Origin: an uncultured SAR86 cluster bacterium
GTDB taxonomy: Bacteria; Pseudomonadota; Gammaproteobacteria; Magnimaribacterales; D2472
Reading direction: 5' to 3'
Length of the DNA: 64,000 nucleotides
Assembly: GCA_902515155.1 (NCBI GenBank)
Contig: CABXTT010000001.1
Span: forward strand, 12,389 to 76,388
Position 1 is the first letter of the stretch; every line of letters begins with the position of its first letter. Made by a program: the position numbers and the translations under genes. Under the pieces are notes generated by a model, which was not told the DNA's origin, ran no database searches, and saw only the letters and a program-made list of their open reading frames with translations. Below, in pieces: positions 1 to 8,147 of this stretch.

Positions 1-2
1 AA

Positions 3-722
3 TTAGGGTCATTAGGATTACTACCCGGATTTGTAATTGCAGGAATAGTTGCATTTCTCCTAAATGAAGTGACTTTTTCTATTGAATGGGGTTTTAAAAT
101 TCCTGAAGTAGTTTCCTTATTTAATAGAACATCACCTTTAGCTATTGGATTCCCATCTTTAGACATGTATTTAGAGGCAATACCCCTAGTTATAATTGCA
201 TATACTCTGCTATTTGGTGATTTAATCACTGCAACAGAGGTTTTAAACGATGCACAGGTCAAAAGACCAGATGAGCCTCTTGATGTTAATGTTGATAGAT
301 CTCATTTATCAATAGCATTTAGAAACTTTATTGGATTGTTGATTAATCCTTTTTTCCCAACTCAAGGCGCCTTATGGACAGGCGTTCATGTAGTTATTGT
401 CGAAAGATGGAAGAAAGGCTTTAAAGAAATGCCATCTATTTTTGATGGACTTGGATCTTACTATTTAATGGCTATTCCATTTCTATATGTCACACTCCCA
501 TTCATTACTTTGATGAAACCTTTAATGCAAATGGCATTAACATTAACTCTTATATTAACTGGTTTTGCTTGTTCTTATGTGGCCATGGCTATACCAAAGA
601 AAAATTCTGAAATGGCTTCCGCTTTATTAATTGCTGTATTTATAACGTTCTTTAGTGCATGGGTTGGCCTATTAATTGGTATAATTCTGAGCATATTTGT
701 AGTTGGTATAGAGAAAAAATAA
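3..722 (+). CDS. integral membrane permease, C-terminal portion (5' end outside window)
   Basis: The frame of ORF 69..722 stays open back to base 3 (LGSLGLLPGFVIAGIVAFLLNE...), so the GTG at 69 is probably internal. The product is a series of hydrophobic helices typical of a secondary transporter. Family not recognised confidently. Confidence 0.6.
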   Translation, partial: LGSLGLLPGFVIAGIVAFLLNEVTFSIEWGFKIPEVVSLFNRTSPLAIGFPSLDMYLEAIPLVIIAYTLLFGDLITATEVLNDAQVKRPDEPLDVNVDRSHLSIAFRNFIGLLINPFFPTQGALWTGVHVVIVERWKKGFKEMPSIFDGLGSYYLMAIPFLYVTLPFITLMKPLMQMALTLTLILTGFACSYVAMAIPKKNSEMASALLIAVFITFFSAWVGLLIGIILSIFVVGIEKK

Positions 723-732
723 AAATAATTTC

Positions 733-1653
733 ATGAAGTATGCGTTAGAGATCAAAGATCTTAAAAAAATATATCCAGGAGGAGTTGAGGCTTTAAAAGG
801 CTTATCTTTTTCTGTTGAGGAGGGAGATTTTTACGCATTACTTGGGCCAAATGGAGCAGGTAAATCATCCACTATCGGCATTATCGGCTCTATTGTTACC
901 AAAACATCTGGAGAAGTTAAAATCTTTGATGTTGATACCGACAAAAACTCTGCTCTAGCAAAAACAATGCTTGGAGTAGTTTCTCAAGAAATTAATTTCT
1001 CACAATTCGAAAAAGTTATTGATATTGTTGTTACACAGGCTGGTTTCTATGGAATTCCTAAATCAGAGGCAGGACCCAAGGTAGAGTCTATTCTTAAGAG
1101 ATTGAGTCTTTGGGATAAAAGAAATGATCAAGCAAGAACTTTATCTGGAGGCTATAAGAGAAGGCTTATGATTGCTAAAGCTTTGATTCACGAGCCAAAA
1201 TTATTAATTCTTGATGAACCAACAGCTGGCGTTGATATAGAATTAAGAAGGGAAATGTGGTCTTTCTTAAAAGAAATTAACAAAAATGGAACTACTATAA
1301 TTTTGACGACCCACTATCTTGAGGAAGCAGAACAGCTTTGTAGAAATATTGGTATTATTGATCACGGCGAGATAGTTGCAAACACAAGTATGAAAGATTT
1401 ACTGGGAACTCTTAATGTTCAAGGTTTTGTTTTTGATTTAGAGGTGCCATTAAATGAGGTTCCAGTTATTGAAGGTTTTCCACTAAAACTAGAAGATCCT
1501 TTTACATTAGTTGCAGCAGTTAACAAAGATAAATCAATCAATGCTTTATTTAATAAACTTACTGACTTAGATATAAAGGTTAAGTCTATGAGAAATGAAG
1601 CAAATAGACTGGAAGAATTATTTATAGAAATGGTACAAAACAATGAAAAATAA
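733..1653 (+). CDS. ABC transporter ATP-binding protein (ABC-2 / YadG-like)
   Basis: Walker A GPNGAGKSS, signature LSGGYKRRL, Walker B LLILDEPT, H-loop TTHY. Followed by an overlapping ABC-2 permease. Confidence 0.9.
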   Translation: MKYALEIKDLKKIYPGGVEALKGLSFSVEEGDFYALLGPNGAGKSSTIGIIGSIVTKTSGEVKIFDVDTDKNSALAKTMLGVVSQEINFSQFEKVIDIVVTQAGFYGIPKSEAGPKVESILKRLSLWDKRNDQARTLSGGYKRRLMIAKALIHEPKLLILDEPTAGVDIELRREMWSFLKEINKNGTTIILTTHYLEEAEQLCRNIGIIDHGEIVANTSMKDLLGTLNVQGFVFDLEVPLNEVPVIEGFPLKLEDPFTLVAAVNKDKSINALFNKLTDLDIKVKSMRNEANRLEELFIEMVQNNEK

Positions 1654-2416
1654 TATATCTGTTGCCCTATGGACTCTTACAGTTAAAGAAGTAAGACGTT
1701 TTATGAGAATATGGGTCCAAACCTTAGTTCCACCTGCAGTAACCATGTCACTTTACTTTGTAATTTTTGGTTCGCTTATTGGCCCAAGAATAGGAACAAT
1801 GGATGGATTTGATTACATTCAATTTATGATTCCTGGATTGATTATGATGTCTGTTATCACAAATTCATATAACAATGTTGTATCTTCTTTCTATGGCATT
1901 AAATTTCAAAAATCTATAGAGGAGCTTCTTATATCGCCAATGCCCAACTGGAGTATTTTATTAGGCTTTGTTTTAGGAGGTGTTGCAAGAGGGGTGATGA
2001 TAGGCTTTATTGTTTATGGAGTCAGTTTATTGTTTTATCCAAGTTTCACTATAGTTAATCCCTTATTAACTTTATTTGTACTTTTTTTAACTGCTATCCT
2101 CTTTTCTTTGATGGGATTTATAAACGCAGTTTTTGCAGATAGTTTTGACGATATTTCCATTATTCCTACATTTATACTTACTCCTTTAATTTATTTGGGA
2201 GGTGTTTTTTACTCTATAAATATTCTTCCAGAAGTTTGGCGATCAATATCAATGGCAAACCCTATGCTATATGTTGTTAATACTTTTAGAGAAGGGATGC
2301 TTGGTGTAAGTGACGTTTCTATTATGTTTTCATTGGGAATGATATTAGGCTTTATAGGACTTTTAACTGGTGCTTGTCTATATCTTTTAAATAAAGGCAC
2401 TGGCATTAGAGAATGA
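1643..2416 (+). CDS. ABC-2 type transporter permease (YadH-like)
   Basis: 257 aa with six predicted hydrophobic helices. Overlaps the ATPase stop by 11 nt. Typical ABC-2 exporter pairing. Confidence 0.85.
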   Translation: MKNNISVALWTLTVKEVRRFMRIWVQTLVPPAVTMSLYFVIFGSLIGPRIGTMDGFDYIQFMIPGLIMMSVITNSYNNVVSSFYGIKFQKSIEELLISPMPNWSILLGFVLGGVARGVMIGFIVYGVSLLFYPSFTIVNPLLTLFVLFLTAILFSLMGFINAVFADSFDDISIIPTFILTPLIYLGGVFYSINILPEVWRSISMANPMLYVVNTFREGMLGVSDVSIMFSLGMILGFIGLLTGACLYLLNKGTGIRE

Positions 2417-3135
2417 ATCCCAAGTTCCTTGGAAAAAAAACCAATAATTACTCAAAAGGAAGCTTCAAATCTCTTGATCCCATTCAAAGGAAAATATCTT
2501 ATTCAAAATATGGTATAGATTTTTGGAATGCGTATGAGTTTAATTATTTGGATAAATATAATATTCCAATTTTAAAGCTTCTTGAAATCAGAATACCCAG
2601 CAATTCCAAAATAACAATAGAATCTAAATCTCTAAAAATTTATCTTAATTCTTTCTACAATAAAACATTTCATAAGGAAGCGGAGATATTAAAGATTATA
2701 AAAAGAGATCTTGAACATATAATTAAATCTTCTGTAAAACTTAGGTTTATAACAAAATTTGATAATGAACCTAAATGTATTGAGATTAATAAAACAAGAT
2801 TAAAAATGGTTCCAGCAAACAATCCTTTAAAATTTTCAGGATTTCGGTCTATTTGTCCTGTAACATCTCAACCTGATTTTGCAAACATTTATGTACTTTG
2901 TAATAAAAAATTAGATGTATCATTCTTATGCGAATTATTTATTTCATTTAAAGAGACAGGCGAATTTCATGAGCAATGTGTTGATAATATTTTCAAGATA
3001 TTAAATGAAAAGTATAAGTGTTCTTCTTTAGAAGTAATGGGAAGATTTATGCGAAGGGGCGGCATAGATATTAATCCACTAAGATCGTCAAACAAAAAAC
3101 TATTTTTTAACAATTTTAGATTCTTTAATCAATAA
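2413..3135 (+). CDS. queF: NADPH-dependent 7-cyano-7-deazaguanine (preQ0) reductase, bimodular type
   Basis: QueF motif E-S-K-S-L-K-I-Y (ESKSLKIYLNSF) and catalytic-Cys context SICPVTSQPDFANIYV. ATGA overlap with the upstream permease. Confidence 0.8.
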   Translation: MNPKFLGKKTNNYSKGSFKSLDPIQRKISYSKYGIDFWNAYEFNYLDKYNIPILKLLEIRIPSNSKITIESKSLKIYLNSFYNKTFHKEAEILKIIKRDLEHIIKSSVKLRFITKFDNEPKCIEINKTRLKMVPANNPLKFSGFRSICPVTSQPDFANIYVLCNKKLDVSFLCELFISFKETGEFHEQCVDNIFKILNEKYKCSSLEVMGRFMRRGGIDINPLRSSNKKLFFNNFRFFNQ

Positions 3136-3225
3136 TGGCGGAGAGAGGGGGATTCGAACCCCCGGTGGGGATAAACCCACACAACCTTTCCAAGGTTGCA
3201 CGATAGACCACTCTGACACCTCTCC
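3136..3225 (-). tRNA. tRNA-Ser (anticodon GGA)
   Basis: The reverse complement reads GGAGAGGTGTCAGAGTGG...CAACC-TTGGAAA-GGTTG...long variable arm...GGTTCGAATCCCCCTCTCTCCGCCA. It has a 7-bp acceptor stem, an encoded CCA, anticodon loop U-U-GGA-A-A and a class II variable arm. Confidence 0.9.
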
Positions 3226-3361
3226 GAATTGGTAATTATATATATCTTCTTACGTTATAAATCAAAATTTAAATAATTTTTATAAATATTACTAATATAG
3301 TATTTATGTTCTTTTTTTATCTCTTTTTTTTCATTATTTTTAGTTTTAAGATATCATCCCA

Positions 3362-3370
3362 GGGGGGGGG
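3362..3370. repeat. G9 homopolymer tract in an AT-rich intergenic region
   Basis: Read directly: ...atcatccc a ggggggggg ctgc... The tract lies 48 nt upstream of the ATG at 3418. It is immediately followed by an imperfect hairpin, ctgcttcttttg/caaaagagcag (3371-3402). Confidence 0.9.
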
Positions 3371-3417
3371 CTGCTTCTTTTGTTATATTTCCAAAAGAGC
3401 AGGTTGTTGATAGAAGT

Positions 3418-3714
3418 ATGACAAAAAAAGAATATATAGCTGAAATTGCTGATTCTATAGATAAGCTTAGATTATATGAAAAAGAACTAAATATAACTGA
3501 GTATAACGAAACTGAAAAGAAAATTTTTTGGACTATATGCTCAACTGTTGCAAAGTTTCCTAAATGTAATATTTCAGATGTAATTAATCATTCTAAATTA
3601 TCAAGATCTACAGTATATAAAACAATATTATTATTTGAAAAAAATTCCTTAATATCTCTCCATAGGTCCGGAGAAGACAAGAGACAACACTTAATTACGA
3701 TTATTACTGATTAA
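3418..3714 (+). CDS. small winged-helix (MarR-like) DNA-binding protein, hypothetical
   Basis: 98 aa. The segment ISDVINHSKLSRSTVYKTILLFEKNSLISLHRSGEDKRQHLITI fits the MarR-type HTH plus wing (D-x-R) pattern. It is shorter than canonical MarR. Weak SD. Confidence 0.5.
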   Translation: MTKKEYIAEIADSIDKLRLYEKELNITEYNETEKKIFWTICSTVAKFPKCNISDVINHSKLSRSTVYKTILLFEKNSLISLHRSGEDKRQHLITIITD

Positions 3715-3735
3715 TTTTTTATATTATTTCTTTAC

Positions 3736-3755
3736 TACTGTATAAATATACAGTA
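3736..3755 (+). promoter_or_regulatory. LexA operator (SOS box) embedded in a candidate promoter
   Basis: TACTGTATAAATATACAGTA matches the gammaproteobacterial consensus TACTGTATATATATACAGTA at 19/20, with CTGT-N8-ACAG intact. It is flanked by TTTACT (3731-3736) and TATTAT (3754-3759) with 17-bp spacing. Confidence 0.7.
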
Positions 3756-3765
3756 TTATACATCT

Positions 3766-3978
3766 ATGGGTAATGTAATTAAATTCAAACCAAAAGATAA
3801 TGTGCTAAGAGAGCTCGAGTGTTCTATTGATAAAGAATCAACAAAAAAAATGCTTGCCTTTAAGTACTTTAATAATGATTTTAATGCCCTAACTATATTT
3901 TTAAGTAAACATAAAACTTCAGAAGCTCAACATATAAATTATATTGAGCCCAAGCGCCAATTAGAATTTAGTTTTTAA
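3766..3978 (+). CDS. hypothetical 70-aa protein downstream of the SOS box (possibly leaderless)
   Basis: The only ORF on this stretch. Its ATG lies 7 nt after the -10-like TATTAT, with no SD. The product is Lys-rich and I recognise no family. Confidence 0.4.
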   Translation: MGNVIKFKPKDNVLRELECSIDKESTKKMLAFKYFNNDFNALTIFLSKHKTSEAQHINYIEPKRQLEFSF

Positions 3979-4030
3979 TTCTTTCTTTTTTCAATAAGTC
4001 ATTCTATTTATCAAATAGTGTGTATATAAT

Positions 4031-4222
4031 TTATTTGGGTGTCTTGTTTTTAGATTTTTTAAGGGGATTTAGAAACATTCTATTATTACCCTGAACATGG
4101 AGGTGGTCTTATTAGTATTTATACAACAACAGGAAACAGAGGGTCTGCCTTTTGACACAGGGCAAACTTTAAGTTTCTGACTAAATTTCTGTTATTAAAT
4201 AACAAAATTTAGATTTTTTTGT
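4031..4222 (+). ncRNA. candidate structured 5' leader (riboswitch/attenuator) or sRNA, class unknown
   Basis: TATAAT at 4025-4030. No long ORF. A possible 8-bp closing helix pairs 4069-4076 with 4173-4180. Segments TTTGGG (4034-4039) and GGGG-A-TTT (4063-4070) are complementary to the 5' arm of the downstream terminator. The region ends at a strong intrinsic terminator 12 nt before the EamA start. Confidence 0.3.
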
Positions 4223-4252
4223 AAACCCCCAAATTTAATTTGGGGGTTTTTT
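4223..4252 (+). terminator. Rho-independent terminator
   Basis: aaaccccca-aatttaatt-tgggggttt followed by a T-run (9-bp stem with a C5/G5 core). Unidirectional for the + strand. Confidence 0.8.
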
Positions 4253-4264
4253 ATTAGTTAAAAT

Positions 4265-5149
4265 ATGGCTATTAGATACTGGATTCTCTTAACAACTCTT
4301 GGTGCTTTATGGGGAAGTGCCTTTATGTTCATAAAAATTGCTACACCTGAATTTGGGCCAGTTCTTTTGGTCAATACAAGATTATTAATAGCATCGTTAA
4401 TTTTTTTACCGATTTTACTTAGATCAAAGTATATAAATTTATTAAGCCCAATTTGGAAACATGCTCTTTTATTAGCAGTCACTAACAATATGATACCTTT
4501 TACTTTATTTTCATTTGCAAGTTTAGGATCCGACTCTAATATGTTAGCAATTTTAAACTCTACTACAGCTTTTAATACAATGATAATTGCATATTTATGG
4601 CTTAATGAATCAGTTTCTAGACTTCAGCTTTTTGGTTTAATTATTGGATTTATTGGTGTTTTTATTCTAGTGAATCCGCAAAATTCAACCTCTACTATAA
4701 TTTCTAGTCTTTCATGTCTTGTTGGAGCTGCATGTTATTCATTTTCTACAGTGTTTATTCAAAAAAGCTCAGAAAAAACAAATAAACTTGTATTAATAGG
4801 ATGGTCAGTAATTTTTAGTGCTTTATTGATGATACCTTTTTCATTGTTGTATCTACCAGATAAGGTTCCATCATTAAATGCATTGGTATCTGCAACTTGG
4901 TTAGGAGCAGTTTCTACTGGTTTAGGTTTCTTAGGATATGTAAGACTTATTGATAAAATTGGTGCTGTAAGAACATCAACCGTAGCTTATTTTCTTCCTG
5001 TCTTTGGGATAATATGGGGATACATATTTTTAAGTGAGGTAATTACATTATCAATAATACTTGGTTGCATAGTAGTTTTAATTGGGGTATTTTTAGCTAC
5101 ATCAAATAAAAAAGGCTATAAATTCAGGGGACAAAATGTCACAGACTAG
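4265..5149 (+). CDS. EamA/DMT-family transporter
   Basis: 294 aa with about ten hydrophobic helices arranged as two EamA-like halves. Confidence 0.85.
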   Translation: MAIRYWILLTTLGALWGSAFMFIKIATPEFGPVLLVNTRLLIASLIFLPILLRSKYINLLSPIWKHALLLAVTNNMIPFTLFSFASLGSDSNMLAILNSTTAFNTMIIAYLWLNESVSRLQLFGLIIGFIGVFILVNPQNSTSTIISSLSCLVGAACYSFSTVFIQKSSEKTNKLVLIGWSVIFSALLMIPFSLLYLPDKVPSLNALVSATWLGAVSTGLGFLGYVRLIDKIGAVRTSTVAYFLPVFGIIWGYIFLSEVITLSIILGCIVVLIGVFLATSNKKGYKFRGQNVTD

Positions 5150-5513
5150 TTTAGAATCAATGCTCTCTGAAGCAAATCAAAATATAAAAAGATTAGATTT
5201 TAGTGAAACTGAAAACATTATTAAAAATACTAATCATGTAATTATTGATGTAAGAGAAGAGTCAGAGGTCCAATCACATGGACTAATCAAAAATGCCATA
5301 CATATTCCAAGAGGGCTGATTGAATTCAAACTTAAACCATATTCCTTTGATAATCCAGTCACTATTGATGACGATACAAATATATTAGTTTATTGTGCTG
5401 GTGGATATAGATCTGCTTTAGCTGCACAGACTTTAGTTAATTTAGGTTTCAATAACGTATATAACATTGGTGGCTTTGGTGAATGGGTCTCTAATGGAGG
5501 CCAACTTCAATAA
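5136..5513 (+). CDS. rhodanese-domain sulfurtransferase
   Basis: 125 aa single rhodanese domain with active-site loop CAGGYRS. Overlaps the EamA gene by 14 nt. Confidence 0.85.
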   Translation: MSQTSLESMLSEANQNIKRLDFSETENIIKNTNHVIIDVREESEVQSHGLIKNAIHIPRGLIEFKLKPYSFDNPVTIDDDTNILVYCAGGYRSALAAQTLVNLGFNNVYNIGGFGEWVSNGGQLQ

Positions 5514-5582
5514 ACCTTTCGCTTAATAATCCAAAACTTTAAAAAATATTAATTAAAATCCTTCAATGAATGTTTTTTTGTT

Positions 5583-5659
5583 TGGTGCGCCCGGGAAGAT
5601 TCGAACTCCCGACCCCTTGGTTCGAAGCCAAGTACTCTATCCAGCTGAGCTACAGGCGC
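5583..5659 (-). tRNA. tRNA-Arg (anticodon UCG)
   Basis: The reverse complement is GCGCCTGTAGCTCAGCTGGATAGAGTACTTGG-CTTCGAA-CCAAGGGGTCGGGAGTTCGAATCTTCCCGGGCGCACCA. It forms a cloverleaf with an encoded CCA. Confidence 0.9.
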
Positions 5660-5990
5660 ATCCTTTTATTATAAGTTTATAGAGGGGCTAATGCATATTA
5701 AATTATATGACTATTAAAAGATTTAATAGTTATTTTTAATTAATAAAAAATAGGAATAAAAAAAGCTGAAATAACAAAGAACCACTTACTAAACTTGAAG
5801 AAAATATACATTCTCATATTTCTACTGTAATCACTATATTTACTCCCCTCAAGAGACCACATCACCATAGCAATAAATAAGCAAATAATTGAATAAATAA
5901 ATATGCTTTGCATAAAATTAATTAATAGTTATTTTAAGATTTAATATATTTAACATTATAATATTATTATAAAAATACAATAGGAATTTT

Positions 5991-8147
5991 ATGGATATTA
6001 AAAGTATATTAAAAAAAGCTCTAATAGCTGCACCTATAATTTATTTAACTATTGCATTATTAGCTTATGTTGATGTTAATAACAGTAGACCAATACTCAC
6101 AATATTTAAAAACATACAAACTGATTCTGCTCTTGAAATAGTAGATTTTTCTGAAGATAAACCTGAAGTTAATAAACCAAAGCCAACTCCAAATAATGAT
6201 AGAAATCCATATTATGGTGATCTTCATGTTCATACAAAACATTCTTTTGATGCTTATGTTTTTGGAGTTACAGCTTCTCCTGATGATGCATATAGATATG
6301 CTAAAGGAGAGGGGATATTGCATCCATTAGGCTACGAAATGAAACTCAGAGAACCTTTAGATTTTTATTCTGTTACAGATCACGGTTTTTATATGGGAAT
6401 GATACAAGCTTTTTCTGATCCTACATCAGATATAGGTAAAAAAGAATTTACTAAACCTTTTCATAACTTAAATAGAAAAGAAAACCTTACTCCAGAGTCC
6501 GCAGGCGAAAGATCAAATATTTTTAGCTCAATTCTTGGAGCAACAATTATTCAACTATATCCAGATTGGCATCCAAAATTGCTTAAGGCATGGTTTACTA
6601 GAAATATTCAAGTTGCATTAAAATCATTTGATTATGATGTTCACAAGTCAGCATGGGCCGATGTTGCAAGGTCTGCAAATGAACATAATGATCCAGGGCA
6701 CTTTACTACCTTTATTGGATATGAATTCACTACTTCTACTGATGTAGAGGGAGGAAATCTTCATAGAAATGTTATTTTTAATTCGTCTACTGCCTCAATA
6801 AGGCCTTGGACGAGAATTGATTCTCTTAATCCAGAAGATTTATGGACATGGCAAGATGCATTAAGAGATAAAGGAGTAGATACGGTTTCAATTCCTCATA
6901 ATAGCAATGGTTCAAATGGCCAGATGTTTGAAATGGAAACTTTTAAAGCTAATGCTATTAATAGAGGATATTCAGAAAAGCGAATGAGAAATGAACCTTT
7001 AGTAGAAATTACCCAAGTTAAAGGTACTTCTGATACCCATCCATTGCTATCACCTGATGATGAATGGGCTGACTTTGAAATTATGGATGTGCGAGTTGGA
7101 AGTAGACCACCAACATACAGTAAACCATCTGGCGGATACGTTAGAGAGGCTTACTTAAATGGTTTAACTCTTGATTTTACAAATCAAGGAAATCCTTATA
7201 AATTTGGCTTAATTGGTTCAACAGATACACATACTGGTGCTGGAGCATTTGAAGAATCAAATTATTGGTCAAAAGTTGGTCTTCTTGATGGCGATCCGGA
7301 AAATAGAGGATCAATTCCTTTAACTGAGGAAAATGTTGAAACAATGAATGAATATATGCAGGCTTTTAATCAGCCAGTAAGTACAATTGAGCTTGATCAA
7401 GGAACTTATGCAAACACAGGATTTACTCAATGGGGTGCCTCAGGACTTGCTGTTGCTTGGGCTGAAGAAAATACAAGAGATTCTATTTTTAAAGCATTTA
7501 AGAGAAAAGAAACCTTTGCAACATCAGGCCCAAGAATAGCTGTACGTTTTTTTGGTGGATATAACTTATCTTCTATAGATTTAAATTCAGACTCTTTAGT
7601 TAGTGAAGCTTATAAAAAAGGAGTCACTATGGGTGCTGATTTAATGAATGATGATAATAAAACTCCTGAGTTTATTGTCTGGGCGCAGAAAGATAAAAAT
7701 GGTGCGCCTCTTCAGAGAGTTCAGATTGTAAAGGGTTGGATGGATTCTTTAAGTGGTCGTCCATATGAAAAAGTTTATGATGTAGCATGTTCTGATGGAT
7801 TAGAAGTTGATCCTCTTACAAATAGATGCCCCGACAACGGAGCTAGAGTAAATATTTCAGATTGTTCAATACCTCAAAATATAGGTTCATCAGAACTAAA
7901 AACAGTATGGCAAGACCCTGAATTTAATTCAAAAGATAAATCTTTTTATTATGTTCGAGTTCTTGAAAACCCAACTTGTAGATGGAGTACTTGGGATGCG
8001 ATTAACCGAGGTTTTGAAGCTCGTGAAGATCTTCATGAAACTATTCAAGAAAGGGCATGGTCATCACCAATATGGTATGTACCTCAAAAAACTGGAGTAG
8101 AAGTTATACCACTTGGTGGAAGTATTCAGCTACGAAGCGCTGATTAA
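5991..8147 (+). CDS. DUF3604-family protein (PHP-like metal-dependent hydrolase fold), N-terminally membrane-anchored
   Basis: 718 aa. N-terminal hydrophobic helix, then YYGDLHVHTKHSFDAY, which I recall as the characteristic DUF3604 N-terminal His motif. SD-like aggaa upstream. Confidence 0.75.
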   Translation: MDIKSILKKALIAAPIIYLTIALLAYVDVNNSRPILTIFKNIQTDSALEIVDFSEDKPEVNKPKPTPNNDRNPYYGDLHVHTKHSFDAYVFGVTASPDDAYRYAKGEGILHPLGYEMKLREPLDFYSVTDHGFYMGMIQAFSDPTSDIGKKEFTKPFHNLNRKENLTPESAGERSNIFSSILGATIIQLYPDWHPKLLKAWFTRNIQVALKSFDYDVHKSAWADVARSANEHNDPGHFTTFIGYEFTTSTDVEGGNLHRNVIFNSSTASIRPWTRIDSLNPEDLWTWQDALRDKGVDTVSIPHNSNGSNGQMFEMETFKANAINRGYSEKRMRNEPLVEITQVKGTSDTHPLLSPDDEWADFEIMDVRVGSRPPTYSKPSGGYVREAYLNGLTLDFTNQGNPYKFGLIGSTDTHTGAGAFEESNYWSKVGLLDGDPENRGSIPLTEENVETMNEYMQAFNQPVSTIELDQGTYANTGFTQWGASGLAVAWAEENTRDSIFKAFKRKETFATSGPRIAVRFFGGYNLSSIDLNSDSLVSEAYKKGVTMGADLMNDDNKTPEFIVWAQKDKNGAPLQRVQIVKGWMDSLSGRPYEKVYDVACSDGLEVDPLTNRCPDNGARVNISDCSIPQNIGSSELKTVWQDPEFNSKDKSFYYVRVLENPTCRWSTWDAINRGFEAREDLHETIQERAWSSPIWYVPQKTGVEVIPLGGSIQLRSAD

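Noticed and set aside
4155-4167. ACACAGGGCAAAC resembles the conserved 5' core of the c-di-GMP-I (GEMM) riboswitch.
   Set aside because: I could not find the second conserved element (ACGCAAAGCC-like) or the two-hairpin architecture downstream. The 13-mer was picked post hoc from many motifs I know. It is kept only as a note inside the leader finding, pending a covariance-model scan.
3760-4255. Possibility that the tRNA-adjacent non-coding stretch is a known housekeeping RNA (RNase P RNA, 6S, SRP/4.5S or tmRNA).
   Set aside because: No GAAAGUCC / ACAGAACCCGGCUUA-type RNase P cores, no SRP GGAA tetraloop helix with a symmetric loop, no tRNA-like 3' end, and no end-to-end 6S-type pairing were visible.
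3226-4264. Integrated prophage or genomic island at tRNA-Ser.
   Set aside because: No integrase, no direct repeat of the tRNA 3' end, and the extra DNA lies on the 5' side of the tRNA. At most this is a small remnant. It is reported as an islet, not as a mobile element.
5740-5913. A 57-aa two-helix ORF on the minus strand (MQSIFIYSIICLFIAMVMWSLEG...) between tRNA-Arg(UCG) and the DUF3604 gene.
   Set aside because: The composition is simply translated AT-rich DNA (I/F/Y/K). There is no SD and no recognisable family, so it cannot be distinguished from chance.
5914-5990. A Fur-box-like AT-rich sequence upstream of the DUF3604-HupE operon.
   Set aside because: The region is almost pure A/T, so any resemblance to GATAATGATAATCATTATC is not distinguishable from background.
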